Shown here: piece by piece, positions 18,032-26,906 of the stretch | How positions within the stretch are numbered: position 1 is the first letter of the stretch | Layout: every line of letters starts with the position of its first letter | NCBI GenBank assembly: GCA_036558325.1 | Contig: DATBFU010000153.1 | Coordinates: 4,482-68,481, forward strand | DNA from: Thermoanaerobaculia bacterium | Lineage (GTDB): Bacteria; Acidobacteriota; Thermoanaerobaculia; UBA5066; Gp7-AA6 | DNA length: 64,000 bases | Reading direction: 5' to 3' | Made by a program: the position numbers and the translations under genes | The notes under the pieces: generated by a model | What the model was told of the DNA's origin: nothing | Database searches by the model: none | Seen by the model: the letters and a program-made list of their open reading frames with translations, nothing else

Positions 18032-18053
18032 CGCCGGGCTAAACTCACGGCGC

Positions 18054-19571
18054 GTGGCGGAAGCCATCCCCAACCAGAAGACGCATCCGGACGGCCGCGT
18101 GGAGCTCCGCGACGTGGCGCGGATCGAGAAGAGCCCTCTCTACAACCCGGATCTCGCGCCGGTGCCGATCGCGCGCCGCGTGTGGACGACCTACAACTAC
18201 GCGGCCCTCTGGATCTCGATGGCGCACTGCATCCCGACCTACATGCTCGCCTCGGGCCTCATGGCGGCGGGGATGAACTGGTGGCAGGCGCTCGTGACGA
18301 TCCTGCTCGGCAATTCGATCGTCCTCGTCCCGATCCTCCTCAACTCGCACCCCGGCACGCGCTATGGCATTCCGTTCCCCGTGTTCGCGCGCGCCTCCTA
18401 CGGCACCATCGGATCGAACCTGCCGGCGCTCATGCGGGCGCTCGTCGCGTGCGGCTGGTTCGGCATCCAGGCGTGGATCGGCGGCGAGGCGCTCGAGACG
18501 CTTCTGGAGGTGATTCCCGGCTGGAAGACGCTCTTCGGGACGGGCCAGTTCCAGGGACACACCGCGCCGGAGTGGATCTCCTTCCTGATCTTCTGGGGGA
18601 TCAACGTGCTGATCATCTACCGCGGCATGGACCTGCTGCGGAAGGTCGAGAACTGGGCCGCTCCGTTCGTCCTCGTCATGACAGCGGTGCTCCTCGTCTG
18701 GGCGATCGGCAAGGCGAAGGGGCTCGGGCCGCTCCTCGCGCAGCCCGGCAGGTTCCGGACGTTCGCGGAATTCCTTCCCGTCTTCGTCCCGTCGCTGACG
18801 GCGATGATCGGCTACTGGGCGACGCTGTCGCTCAACATGCCGGACTTCACGCGCTTCGGAAAGAGCCAGCGCGAGCAGATGCTCGGGCAGGTCGTCGCGC
18901 TGCCGACGACGATGTCCGTCTTCGCCGCGATGGGCGTCCTCATCACGAGCGCCACGGTCATCATCTACGGGCACGCGATCTGGGATCCGGTGCAGCTCGC
19001 CCGGCAATTCCGGGCGCCCGTGGTCGTCGCGGTCTCGATGTTCACCGTCGTCGTCGCGACGCTCGCCGTCAACATCGCGGCGAACGTCGTGTCGCCCGCC
19101 AACGACTTCGCCAACGCGTTTCCGCGGCGCATCTCTTTCAAGACCGGCGGTCTGCTGACGGGCGTTCTGGGGATCGTCATGCAGCCGTGGAAGCTCCTGG
19201 CGGACCCGTCGGGGTACATCTTCGCCTGGCTGCTCGGATACTCGGGCGGCCTCGGGTCGATTGCCGGCGTCCTCATCGCGGACTACTGGCTCGTGCGCCG
19301 CACGCGCCTGCGCCTGGAGGACCTGTACTTGCCGACGGGCGTCTATCGCTACGCCGGGGGCTGGAACGTGCGGGCGGTCATTGCGACGCTCGCCGGCTGC
19401 GCGCTCGCCTGGGGCGGTCTCGTGGTGCCGGCGCTCAAGCCCCTCTATTCCTACGCCTGGTTCGTCGGGTTCTTCGCCTCGGGCCTGCTGTACTGGGCCC
19501 TCGCGGCGCTCACGGGGTCGAGGCCGACCGAGCCGGCGCTCCGGCCGCGGCCGGCCGGCTCCGCTCAGTAA
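18054..19571 (+). CDS. NCS1 family nucleobase/allantoin:cation symporter
   Basis: 505 aa polytopic protein with the NCS1-type N-terminus NPDLAPVPIARRVWTTYNYAALWISMAHCIPTYML. GTG start. A TAAACT hexamer lies 8 nt upstream and there is no Shine-Dalgarno. Confidence 0.85.
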   Translation: MAEAIPNQKTHPDGRVELRDVARIEKSPLYNPDLAPVPIARRVWTTYNYAALWISMAHCIPTYMLASGLMAAGMNWWQALVTILLGNSIVLVPILLNSHPGTRYGIPFPVFARASYGTIGSNLPALMRALVACGWFGIQAWIGGEALETLLEVIPGWKTLFGTGQFQGHTAPEWISFLIFWGINVLIIYRGMDLLRKVENWAAPFVLVMTAVLLVWAIGKAKGLGPLLAQPGRFRTFAEFLPVFVPSLTAMIGYWATLSLNMPDFTRFGKSQREQMLGQVVALPTTMSVFAAMGVLITSATVIIYGHAIWDPVQLARQFRAPVVVAVSMFTVVVATLAVNIAANVVSPANDFANAFPRRISFKTGGLLTGVLGIVMQPWKLLADPSGYIFAWLLGYSGGLGSIAGVLIADYWLVRRTRLRLEDLYLPTGVYRYAGGWNVRAVIATLAGCALAWGGLVVPALKPLYSYAWFVGFFASGLLYWALAALTGSRPTEPALRPRPAGSAQ

Positions 19572-20839
19572 TACGGCTCCCAGATCCCGGACACGAGCTC
19601 CGACAGCCGCTTGGGGAGGCCGCGCCGGTCCCACTCCTCCTCGGTGATCTGCTCGCAGCGGCGCTCGTCGCGGTCGAACATCTGCTCGACTTTGGCGGCG
19701 AAGGGCCGGCTGTAGAAGGCGAGGCTCTCTTCGGCGTTCGCGTTCAGGGAGCGCGCGTCGAAGTTGATCGACCCGACCGTCGAGAAGACGCCGTCCACGA
19801 CCATGGTCTTGTTGTGGAGCATCGTCGGAAGGTATTCGTAGATCTTCACGCCGCCGCGCAGGAGCTCGCCGTAGTGCATCCAGGAGGCCGATCGCACGAG
19901 CGGGATGTCGATGTGGCGCCCCGGCACCATGACGCGCACGCGGACCCCGCGCCCGACGGCGTGGACGAGCGCCTGTCGGACCTGCTTGTCGGGAAGGAAA
20001 TAGGCGTTCTGGATGTCGATTGTCCGGGAAGCCGACTGAATGGCGGTGTAGTAGAGCATCTTCGAGAGTGAGGACGCGTCGCCGCGCGAGACCTTGATCG
20101 CCTGGGCCTCGACGTCTCCGCCCGTGGGCTCGTGCTTCGGATAGAAGCGGTCGCCCGCCAGAATCTCGCCGGTCGTGTACGTCCAGTCCTCGGCGAAGAT
20201 CGCCTGCATCTGATCGACGACGGGGCCGGTGACGCGCACCTGCGTGTCGCGCCACTCCTTCGGGTTGCGCGCGTCGCCGAGCCAGCGATCGTCGATGCCG
20301 AGACCTCCCGTGTAGCCGATCTTCCCGTCGACGACGAGAAGCTTCCGGTGCGTCCGCTTGCCGACCTTGTAGATCGAGAACAATCGCAGGGGCCGGTACT
20401 TGCGCACCGTCACGCCGGCGGCCTTCAGCTCTTCTCCGAGGCTCCGGAGCTTGCTTCCCCACGCATCGACGAGGAGCCGTACCTCGACCCCGCGCCGCGC
20501 GGCGACGATCATCGCGTCGGCGAACTGGCGCCCGGCGTCGTCGGGCTGAAAGATGTAGCTCTCGAGGTTGACGCTCTTGTGCGCCTGCCGGATGTCCCGG
20601 AGCATCGCCGGGAAGATCTCGTCGCCGTTGATGAGCAGCGTCGCCGTGTTGCCGCCCACCATCGGCGTTCCGAAGTTGTCGAGCGACCGCCGGAACGCCG
20701 CATCGGTGACCGAGAACTCGTGCCCGAACTTGTACACATCCCGTTTCTCGGACCCGATCACGTTGTTGATGGCCGTGCAGCCGGGGGTCAGGACTCCGGC
20801 GGCCAGAATCGCGAGCAGACGAAGGTGCAGACACCGCAT
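19565..20839 (-). CDS. Phospholipase D family protein (cardiolipin synthase ClsB-like), secreted or lipoprotein
   Basis: Two HKD motifs (HRKLLVVDGKIGYTGGLGIDD and HNKTMVVDGVFSTVGSINFDARS). N-terminal signal peptide ending LTPGC. Confidence 0.8.
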   Translation of the reverse strand: MRCLHLRLLAILAAGVLTPGCTAINNVIGSEKRDVYKFGHEFSVTDAAFRRSLDNFGTPMVGGNTATLLINGDEIFPAMLRDIRQAHKSVNLESYIFQPDDAGRQFADAMIVAARRGVEVRLLVDAWGSKLRSLGEELKAAGVTVRKYRPLRLFSIYKVGKRTHRKLLVVDGKIGYTGGLGIDDRWLGDARNPKEWRDTQVRVTGPVVDQMQAIFAEDWTYTTGEILAGDRFYPKHEPTGGDVEAQAIKVSRGDASSLSKMLYYTAIQSASRTIDIQNAYFLPDKQVRQALVHAVGRGVRVRVMVPGRHIDIPLVRSASWMHYGELLRGGVKIYEYLPTMLHNKTMVVDGVFSTVGSINFDARSLNANAEESLAFYSRPFAAKVEQMFDRDERRCEQITEEEWDRRGLPKRLSELVSGIWEPYY

Positions 20840-20911
20840 CGAAGGACCTGCCTTTCAAGATCGCTGCCATCGCGGCGGGCCGATTCTCCCGGCGCGCGTT
20901 AGGATGCGGCC

Positions 20912-21637
20912 GTGGCCGGAGCGAATCCCAAGACGCGCGTCGCAATCGTGACGGGCGGCACGCGCGGCATCGGACGCGCGATCGCCGAGCGGCTCGCCGC
21001 GGACGGGTTCGCGGTCGTCCTCTCGGCGCGCGACGCCCGATCCGCGGAGCAGGCGGCCGCCGCGCTGCGCGCGAAGGGACACGCCGCCGTGGGCCTCGCG
21101 GCCGACGCGCGGCGCGACGAGGATCAGCGCCGACTCGTCGATCGCGCGCGCACCGAATTCGGGCGCCTGGACGCGCTCGTCAACAACGCCGGCATCGGCG
21201 CCTTCGGGCGCGTGGACGAGATCTCGCCCGAGGAGTTCCGCGACGTTCTCGAGACGAACCTCCTCGGCGCGTGGTACGCCATTCGCCACGCCGTGCCGCT
21301 GATGAAAGCGTCCGGCGGCGGGTTCATCGTCAACATCGCGTCGCTCGCGTCGATCAACGCCTTCGCCGGCGGCGCCGCCTACAACGCCTCGAAGTTCGGC
21401 CTCCTCGGCCTTTCCGACGCCGCCATGCTCGACCTGCGCCACGACGGCATCCGGATGTCGGTCGTCATGCCGGGCTCCGTCGCGACGGAGTTTGGCGGCT
21501 CCCACGGCGGCCGCGAGTCCGGGTGGATGCTCCGGAGCGAAGACGTGGCCGAGGCCGTGGCGGACCTTCTCCGCTTTCCGGATCGCGCGATCCCGTCTCG
21601 CATCGAGCTGCGCCCCAGCCGGCCGCCCCGCAAGTAG
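20912..21637 (+). CDS. SDR family oxidoreductase
   Basis: VTGGTRGIGRAIA (TGxxxGxG), NNAG and YNASK catalytic motif. GTG start. Confidence 0.85.
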   Translation: MAGANPKTRVAIVTGGTRGIGRAIAERLAADGFAVVLSARDARSAEQAAAALRAKGHAAVGLAADARRDEDQRRLVDRARTEFGRLDALVNNAGIGAFGRVDEISPEEFRDVLETNLLGAWYAIRHAVPLMKASGGGFIVNIASLASINAFAGGAAYNASKFGLLGLSDAAMLDLRHDGIRMSVVMPGSVATEFGGSHGGRESGWMLRSEDVAEAVADLLRFPDRAIPSRIELRPSRPPRK

Positions 21638-21715
21638 CGCCTTCCGACCGGCTGCCGATCGCCGGCGCGTCGCGTAAACCCGCCGGCCCTCCCGTCGTCC
21701 AATCGGGCGGAGGTC

Positions 21716-22057
21716 ATGAACATGCGCAACCCGAAAACCCTCATCGGACTCACGGCGGCGGCTTTCTGCGGCAGCCTGCTCCTCGCGTCGCCGGCTGCGG
21801 CGGAAGGGCGCATCCACAAGCGCGCGGACCGGCAGCAGGAACGCATCGGGCAGGGCGTCCAGAGCGGCCAGCTCACGGCCGGAGAGACGGCGCGGCTCGA
21901 GCGCAAGGAAGCCGGGCTCAACAAGGAGATTCGCGGCATGCGGCAGGAGAACGGCGGCAGGCTGTCGAAGGGCGATCGGGCCCTCATCAACCACCAGCAG
22001 AATCAGCTCTCCCGCCAGATCTACCGCCAGAAGCACGACGGACAGACGCGTCACTGA
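21716..22057 (+). CDS. Secreted hypothetical protein (about 110 aa, charged/coiled)
   Basis: Signal peptide LIGLTAAAFCGSLLLASPAAAEG followed by a Q/R/E-rich region. The second ATG at 21722 has better spacing from GGAGG. Confidence 0.5.
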   Translation: MNMRNPKTLIGLTAAAFCGSLLLASPAAAEGRIHKRADRQQERIGQGVQSGQLTAGETARLERKEAGLNKEIRGMRQENGGRLSKGDRALINHQQNQLSRQIYRQKHDGQTRH

Positions 22058-22080
22058 CCGCGTCGCCCTCTCCCCCGAAG

Positions 22081-22111
22081 GCGCCCGCCCCGCGCGGGCG
22101 CTTTCTCTTTT
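22081..22111 (+). terminator. Rho-independent terminator
   Basis: GCGCCCGC-cccgc-GCGGGCGC, an 8-bp perfect GC stem, followed by TTTCTCTTTT. It starts 24 nt after the stop at 22057. Confidence 0.7.
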
Positions 22112-22119
22112 CGGGCGCG

Positions 22120-22125
22120 TACAAT
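22120..22125 (+). promoter_or_regulatory. -10-like hexamer TACAAT 10 nt upstream of ATG 22136 (probable leaderless or near-leaderless transcript)
   Basis: cgTACAATCCGCCCGCgaATG with no Shine-Dalgarno. The same CGTACAATCC(C)GCCCGC string recurs at 36204-36220. Confidence 0.4.
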
Positions 22126-22135
22126 CCGCCCGCGA

Positions 22136-23215
22136 ATGAATCTTCTCGCGATCGCTGCGGGGGGCGCCCTCCTCGTCATCGTGCTGTGGGACGCCTTCGA
22201 GACCGTCGTCCTCCCCCGGCGCGCTTCGTTCCGCCTGCGGCTCACGAAGCTCTTCTATCGTTCCGTCTGGCCCCCGTTCGCCGCCGCCGGCCGGCGCATG
22301 AAGCCCGGCATCTCGCGCGAGAACTTCCTCTCGGTCTTCGGTCCGCTCTCGCTCATCCTGCTGCTCGCCGCCTGGGCCGTGTCCCTCGTCTTCGGGTTCG
22401 CCCTCCTTCAATGGGGATTCGGATCGCACCTTTCGTCGCCGACCGGGATTCACGGCTTCGGCGCCGACCTCTACATGAGCGGCACGAACTTCTTCACGCT
22501 GGGCCTGGGCGACGTCGCTCCCACGACGACCTCGGCGCGCATCCTGACGACGGTCGAGGCGGGGATGGGATTCGCGTTCCTCGCGCTCGTCATCGGGTTC
22601 CTGCCGGTGCTCTCGCAGGCGTTCTCGCGGCGCGAGAGCGCGATCGCTCTGCTGGACGCGCGAGCCGGTTCTCCCCCCACGGCCGCGGAGCTGTTGCGCC
22701 GGCACTCCGCCGAGGGCGAGCCCGAAGCCCTCGGCGCCCTTCTGACCGACTGGGAGCGCTGGTCGGCCGAGGTGCTCGAGAGCCACATTTCCTTCCCGGT
22801 CCTCGCGTTCTACCGCTCGCAGCACGACAACCAGTCCTGGGTCGCGGCGTTGACGACGATTCTCGACACCTGCGCCCTCGTCATCAGCGGCATCGAGCGC
22901 GTTCCTCCGCGGGCGGCGCGTCTCACGTTCGCCATGGCGCGCCACGCGCTCGCGGACCTCACGAGCGTCCTCGGCGCGCGGCCGCGCGCCGACGGGCCGG
23001 ACCGCCTGCCGCAGCCCGAGCTCGCGCGCCTGCACCGCAGCCTGGCGGCGAGCGGCGTGCGCTGGAAGACGGGCGCCGCATGCGACGAGCACCTCCGCAC
23101 GCTGCGGCGCCAGTACGAGCCTTATGCGCAGGCGCTGTCGGACCTGCTGCTCATGGCGCTTCCGCCGTGGCTTCCACCCGAAGGCGCGAAGGACAACTGG
23201 GAGACGACGGCGTAG
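22136..23215 (+). CDS. Potassium-channel family protein (two-TM pore domain plus cytosolic domain of unknown function)
   Basis: Pore-loop / selectivity-filter-like FFTLGLGDV flanked by hydrophobic helices. The ~200 aa C-terminal soluble domain carries no motif I recognise. Confidence 0.7.
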   Translation: MNLLAIAAGGALLVIVLWDAFETVVLPRRASFRLRLTKLFYRSVWPPFAAAGRRMKPGISRENFLSVFGPLSLILLLAAWAVSLVFGFALLQWGFGSHLSSPTGIHGFGADLYMSGTNFFTLGLGDVAPTTTSARILTTVEAGMGFAFLALVIGFLPVLSQAFSRRESAIALLDARAGSPPTAAELLRRHSAEGEPEALGALLTDWERWSAEVLESHISFPVLAFYRSQHDNQSWVAALTTILDTCALVISGIERVPPRAARLTFAMARHALADLTSVLGARPRADGPDRLPQPELARLHRSLAASGVRWKTGAACDEHLRTLRRQYEPYAQALSDLLLMALPPWLPPEGAKDNWETTA

Positions 23216-23226
23216 GCCTCCGCGCC

Positions 23227-23952
23227 ATGAAGGAGCGCCTCGCCTTCTATCTCGGCTTCTTCTTCGGCGGGCTCTGGTTCTTCTTCTGCTCGGGGCTCGG
23301 CGTCGTCTGGCTCCTCGTGCGCCCGCGAAACCGCCAGACGCTCTACGTCTACGGCCGCGTCTTCTGCCGCGGCGTCGTGAAGATGATGGGCTGGGAGGTC
23401 GCCGTCCGCGATCGCGAGCGCCTCGACGCCTGCCGTCCCGGCGTCATCGTGGCAAACCATCAGAGCTTCGCCGACGTCATCACGTTCGGTTCGGTCTTCC
23501 CGCGCCTCACGGTGTCGGCGGGCAAGCGCGAGATCGGGAAGATCCCGGTCTTCGGGTGGTTCTACCGGCTCTCGGGAAATCTCATCATCGACCGCGACCA
23601 CGCGCGGACGGCCCACCACTCGCTCGAGAGCGCCGCGGAGACGATGCGGAAGGAAAAGATCTCCGTCTGGTTCATGCCCGAAGGCCATCGGAATCCGGGG
23701 CCTCAGCTTCTGCCGTTCAAGAGCGGCGCGTTCCGCCTGGCGCTCGCGGCGGGCGTACCGATCGTGCCCGTCGTCGCCGGTCCGCTCGCGCGGATCTGCG
23801 ACATGAAAGAGCGGCGCGCCCGGCCGGGGCGACTCGACGTGCGCGTCCTCGATCCCGTCGAGACGCGCGGGCTCGGGGCGAAGGACCTTCCGGAGCTCAT
23901 CGCGCGCGTTCGATCCGAGATGCAGGCGGCGATCGACGCGCTCCGCGGATAG
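23227..23952 (+). CDS. plsC: 1-acyl-sn-glycerol-3-phosphate acyltransferase family (LPLAT) protein
   Basis: NHQSFADV (HX4D) and FMPEGHR motifs with an N-terminal TM helix. It is the C-terminal part of track ORF 21271..23952. Confidence 0.8.
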   Translation: MKERLAFYLGFFFGGLWFFFCSGLGVVWLLVRPRNRQTLYVYGRVFCRGVVKMMGWEVAVRDRERLDACRPGVIVANHQSFADVITFGSVFPRLTVSAGKREIGKIPVFGWFYRLSGNLIIDRDHARTAHHSLESAAETMRKEKISVWFMPEGHRNPGPQLLPFKSGAFRLALAAGVPIVPVVAGPLARICDMKERRARPGRLDVRVLDPVETRGLGAKDLPELIARVRSEMQAAIDALRG

Positions 23953-23953
23953 C

Positions 23954-25381
23954 ATGGGCCGCTTGCCGGAAGACCGCTCGCTCGAGCTCTCGGGGGACGC
24001 GCTGCGCGACCTCGTCGCGGCGGCGACCGAGCGCCTGGTCGCGCACGTGGACTCGCTGCCCCGGCAGCCTGCGGCCGACACCGCCGGGGGCGCGGAGCTC
24101 GCGCGGTCGCTCCGGACTGCGCTGCCCGAGACGGGGCGGCCGGCCGCGGAGCTGCTCGATCTTCTCTTCTCGCGCGTGATCCCGAAGAGCTTCAACACCG
24201 CGGGCCCGGGGTATCTCGCCTACATCCCGGGCGGCGGGCTTCCCCATGCCGCCGTCGCGGACCTCGTCTCGGGAATCACCAACCGATACGTCGGCGTCTT
24301 CGCCGCCGCCCCTGGAGTCGCCGCCATCGAGGCGGACGTCGTCCGCTGGTTCTGCGGCATGACGGGCCTTCCGCCCGAGGCCGGCGGCGTCCTCACGAGC
24401 GGGGGTTCGCTCTCGAACTTCTCGGCGCTCGTCACGGCGCGGCGGCGGCTTCTCCCAGAGAATTTCCTGGACGGCACGATGTACGTCTCGGATCAGGCGC
24501 ATTACTCCGTCGCGAAAGCGGCGATGCTCGCGGGATTCCCGGAGCGCAACGTGCGCCGCGTCGCCACCGACGAGGCCTTCCGCGTCCGTCCGGACGCGGT
24601 CGCCGACGCCGTGAGGCGCGATCGGGCGGCCGGGAAGAAGCCGTTCCTCGTCATCGGGAACGCGGGCACCACCAACACCGGCGCGGTGGACGACCTCGAG
24701 GCCCTCTCGGAGATCGCACGGCGCGAGGGGCTCTGGTACCACGTGGATGCGGCGTACGGCGGCTTCTTCGTCCTGACGGAGCGCGGCCGCAAGGCGCTCG
24801 CGGGCATCGAGCGGGCCGATTCGATCGCCCTCGACCCGCACAAGGGACTGTTCCTGCCTTACGGCACGGGCGCGCTGCTCGTCCGCGACGTCGGCGCGCT
24901 CCGCGCCGCGCACGCCGTCACCGCCGACTACATGCCGCCGATGCAGGAGGACCCGGACCTTCCGGATTTCAGCCAGCTCTCGCCCGAGCTCTCGCGCGGC
25001 TGGCGCGGCCTGCGCGTGTGGCTCCCGATCTCGATGCACGGCATCGGTCCGTTCCGGCGGAATCTCGACGAGAAGCTCGACCTCACGCTCCAGGCGGCCG
25101 AGGAGCTCCGGAGGATCCCGGGCATCGAGATCGTGGCCGAGCCACAGCTTTCGATCGTCGCGTTTCGTCTGCGGCGCCCCGGTCTCGACGAGCGCGCCCT
25201 GACGGCGTTGAACCGCGACCTCCTCGCGCGCGTCAACGCCCGGGCCCGGGTTCACCTGACGAGCACGATGCTCGGCGGCCGGTTCGCGATCCGCATCTGC
25301 GTCCTCTCCTTCCGAACGCATGCGGATCGCGTGCAGGAAGCGCTCGACGACCTGAACGCAGCTATATCAGAATTGATATAG
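23954..25381 (+). CDS. Group II PLP-dependent amino-acid decarboxylase (aromatic-L-amino-acid decarboxylase-like)
   Basis: TSGGSLSNFSAL, HVDAAYGG and LDPHKGLFLPYGTG (PLP lysine). It starts 1 nt after the plsC stop. Confidence 0.85.
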   Translation: MGRLPEDRSLELSGDALRDLVAAATERLVAHVDSLPRQPAADTAGGAELARSLRTALPETGRPAAELLDLLFSRVIPKSFNTAGPGYLAYIPGGGLPHAAVADLVSGITNRYVGVFAAAPGVAAIEADVVRWFCGMTGLPPEAGGVLTSGGSLSNFSALVTARRRLLPENFLDGTMYVSDQAHYSVAKAAMLAGFPERNVRRVATDEAFRVRPDAVADAVRRDRAAGKKPFLVIGNAGTTNTGAVDDLEALSEIARREGLWYHVDAAYGGFFVLTERGRKALAGIERADSIALDPHKGLFLPYGTGALLVRDVGALRAAHAVTADYMPPMQEDPDLPDFSQLSPELSRGWRGLRVWLPISMHGIGPFRRNLDEKLDLTLQAAEELRRIPGIEIVAEPQLSIVAFRLRRPGLDERALTALNRDLLARVNARARVHLTSTMLGGRFAIRICVLSFRTHADRVQEALDDLNAAISELI

Positions 25382-25383
25382 CT
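25360..25383. repeat. AT-rich perfect palindrome AGCTATATCA-gaat-TGATATAGCT
   Basis: 10-nt perfectly complementary arms with a 4-nt centre. It spans the last codons and the TAG stop of the decarboxylase and is conspicuously AT-rich in a GC-rich context. Confidence 0.7.
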
Positions 25384-25427
25384 ACCGACGCGCCGCGGCA
25401 TCCGGCGAATCCGGTCCCGCCCGGACT

Positions 25428-26906
25428 ATGATCCGCGCCATGAGCCGAGCCGCGACCGTCCTCTGGCGCTGGCTGCGCCGCGCCTTCGTTACACTCCTCG
25501 TCCTTCTGGCGATCCTGGTTCTCTTTCGCAGCTGGGAGGCGAAGCGCCGGCCATTCCTGAAGGCCTGGCATCGATTCGTGCCTCCTTCGGAAGTCCGGGC
25601 CGCCGACCTGACCGAGACGTTCACGATCGAGGACTACCTGCGCCGCGAGGATCGCGTCTTCCGCGAGGTGGACGAGAACGTCTCGCAGCGGCTCGAGGCG
25701 CCGGACCGCACGCCGACGAACCGCTATTTCCCGGAGAGCCTCGCGAGCCCCCGGCGCTTCCCGCGCGACTGGAACCGCACCTTCGAGATGGCGCCCGAGG
25801 CAGCGGTGCGCGGCGGAGCGCTCCTGCTCCACGGCCTCACGGACTCGCCGTACAGCATGCGCCGCACGGCCGAAATCCTGCGGAGCGAGGGCATTTACTG
25901 CCTCGGCCTTCGCGTGCCGGGGCACGGCACGGTCCCGGGAGCGCTCACGAAGGCGGTCTGGGAGGACTGGAGCGCCGCGACGCGCGTCGGCGTGCGGCAC
26001 GTGCGCGGGCGCATCGGCGAGGGGCGGCCCCTCTATCTCGTCGGCTACTCGAACGGCGGCGCGCTCTCGGTCAAGTACGCGCTCGACGCCGTCGAGGACG
26101 CGAAACTGCCGCGCGTCGATCGGATCGTCCTCATGTCCCCCATGATCGGCGTCACCCCGGCCGCCGGGCTCGCGAAGTACATCGGCGGTCTCGCGTTCCT
26201 CCCCTATTTCGAGAAGGCGCGCTGGCTCGACGTCGTGCCCGAGTACAACCCCTTCAAGTACAACTCCTTTCCGGTGAACGCGGGTCTGCAGACTTCGCGG
26301 TTGACGGCGGCGATCCAGGCGCAGCTCGAGCGGCTCTCGAAGCACCGCGCGCTCGAGAAGCTGCCGCCGATCCTGGCCTTCCAGTCGCTCGTGGACTCGA
26401 CCATCGTGGCCGGCGCGGTGAAGGAACGGCTCTTCGACGCGCTGCCCTCGAACGGCAGCGAGCTCGTGCTCTTCGACGTCAACCACGGCTCCGTGGCGCG
26501 CCCGTTCCTCTCGCCTTCGGTCGGAGAGCTCCTCACGCGGCTCACCTCGGGAGGCCGCCGAAGGTACACGTTGACCGTCATCTCCAACGCCGCGCCCGAC
26601 TCCCTCGGCGTGTCGGAAAGCTCGACGCCGGCCGGCGCCGATGCCGCGGCGGTCCGCCCGCTGCCGCTCGCGTGGCCCGCGCAGGTCTATTCCGTCGGGC
26701 ACGTGGCGATCCCCTTTCCGACCGACGATTCCCTCTACGGCGGCGAGCCCGACGCGGCGCAGGGCGGCAAGGTACACCTCGGCGTCGTGGCGCCCCGCGG
26801 CGAGAAGGGAGTGCTGACGGTCTCCCCCGGCGATTTCCTGCGCATCTCGTGGAATCCCTTCTTCCCTTATGTCGAGGAGCGCGTGCGGCGCTTTATCGCT
26901 CCGTGA
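25428..26906 (+). CDS. Membrane-anchored alpha/beta hydrolase
   Basis: N-terminal TM helix (FVTLLVLLAILVLF), LLLHGLTDSP, and the nucleophile elbow GYSNGG. Confidence 0.75.
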   Translation: MIRAMSRAATVLWRWLRRAFVTLLVLLAILVLFRSWEAKRRPFLKAWHRFVPPSEVRAADLTETFTIEDYLRREDRVFREVDENVSQRLEAPDRTPTNRYFPESLASPRRFPRDWNRTFEMAPEAAVRGGALLLHGLTDSPYSMRRTAEILRSEGIYCLGLRVPGHGTVPGALTKAVWEDWSAATRVGVRHVRGRIGEGRPLYLVGYSNGGALSVKYALDAVEDAKLPRVDRIVLMSPMIGVTPAAGLAKYIGGLAFLPYFEKARWLDVVPEYNPFKYNSFPVNAGLQTSRLTAAIQAQLERLSKHRALEKLPPILAFQSLVDSTIVAGAVKERLFDALPSNGSELVLFDVNHGSVARPFLSPSVGELLTRLTSGGRRRYTLTVISNAAPDSLGVSESSTPAGADAAAVRPLPLAWPAQVYSVGHVAIPFPTDDSLYGGEPDAAQGGKVHLGVVAPRGEKGVLTVSPGDFLRISWNPFFPYVEERVRRFIAP

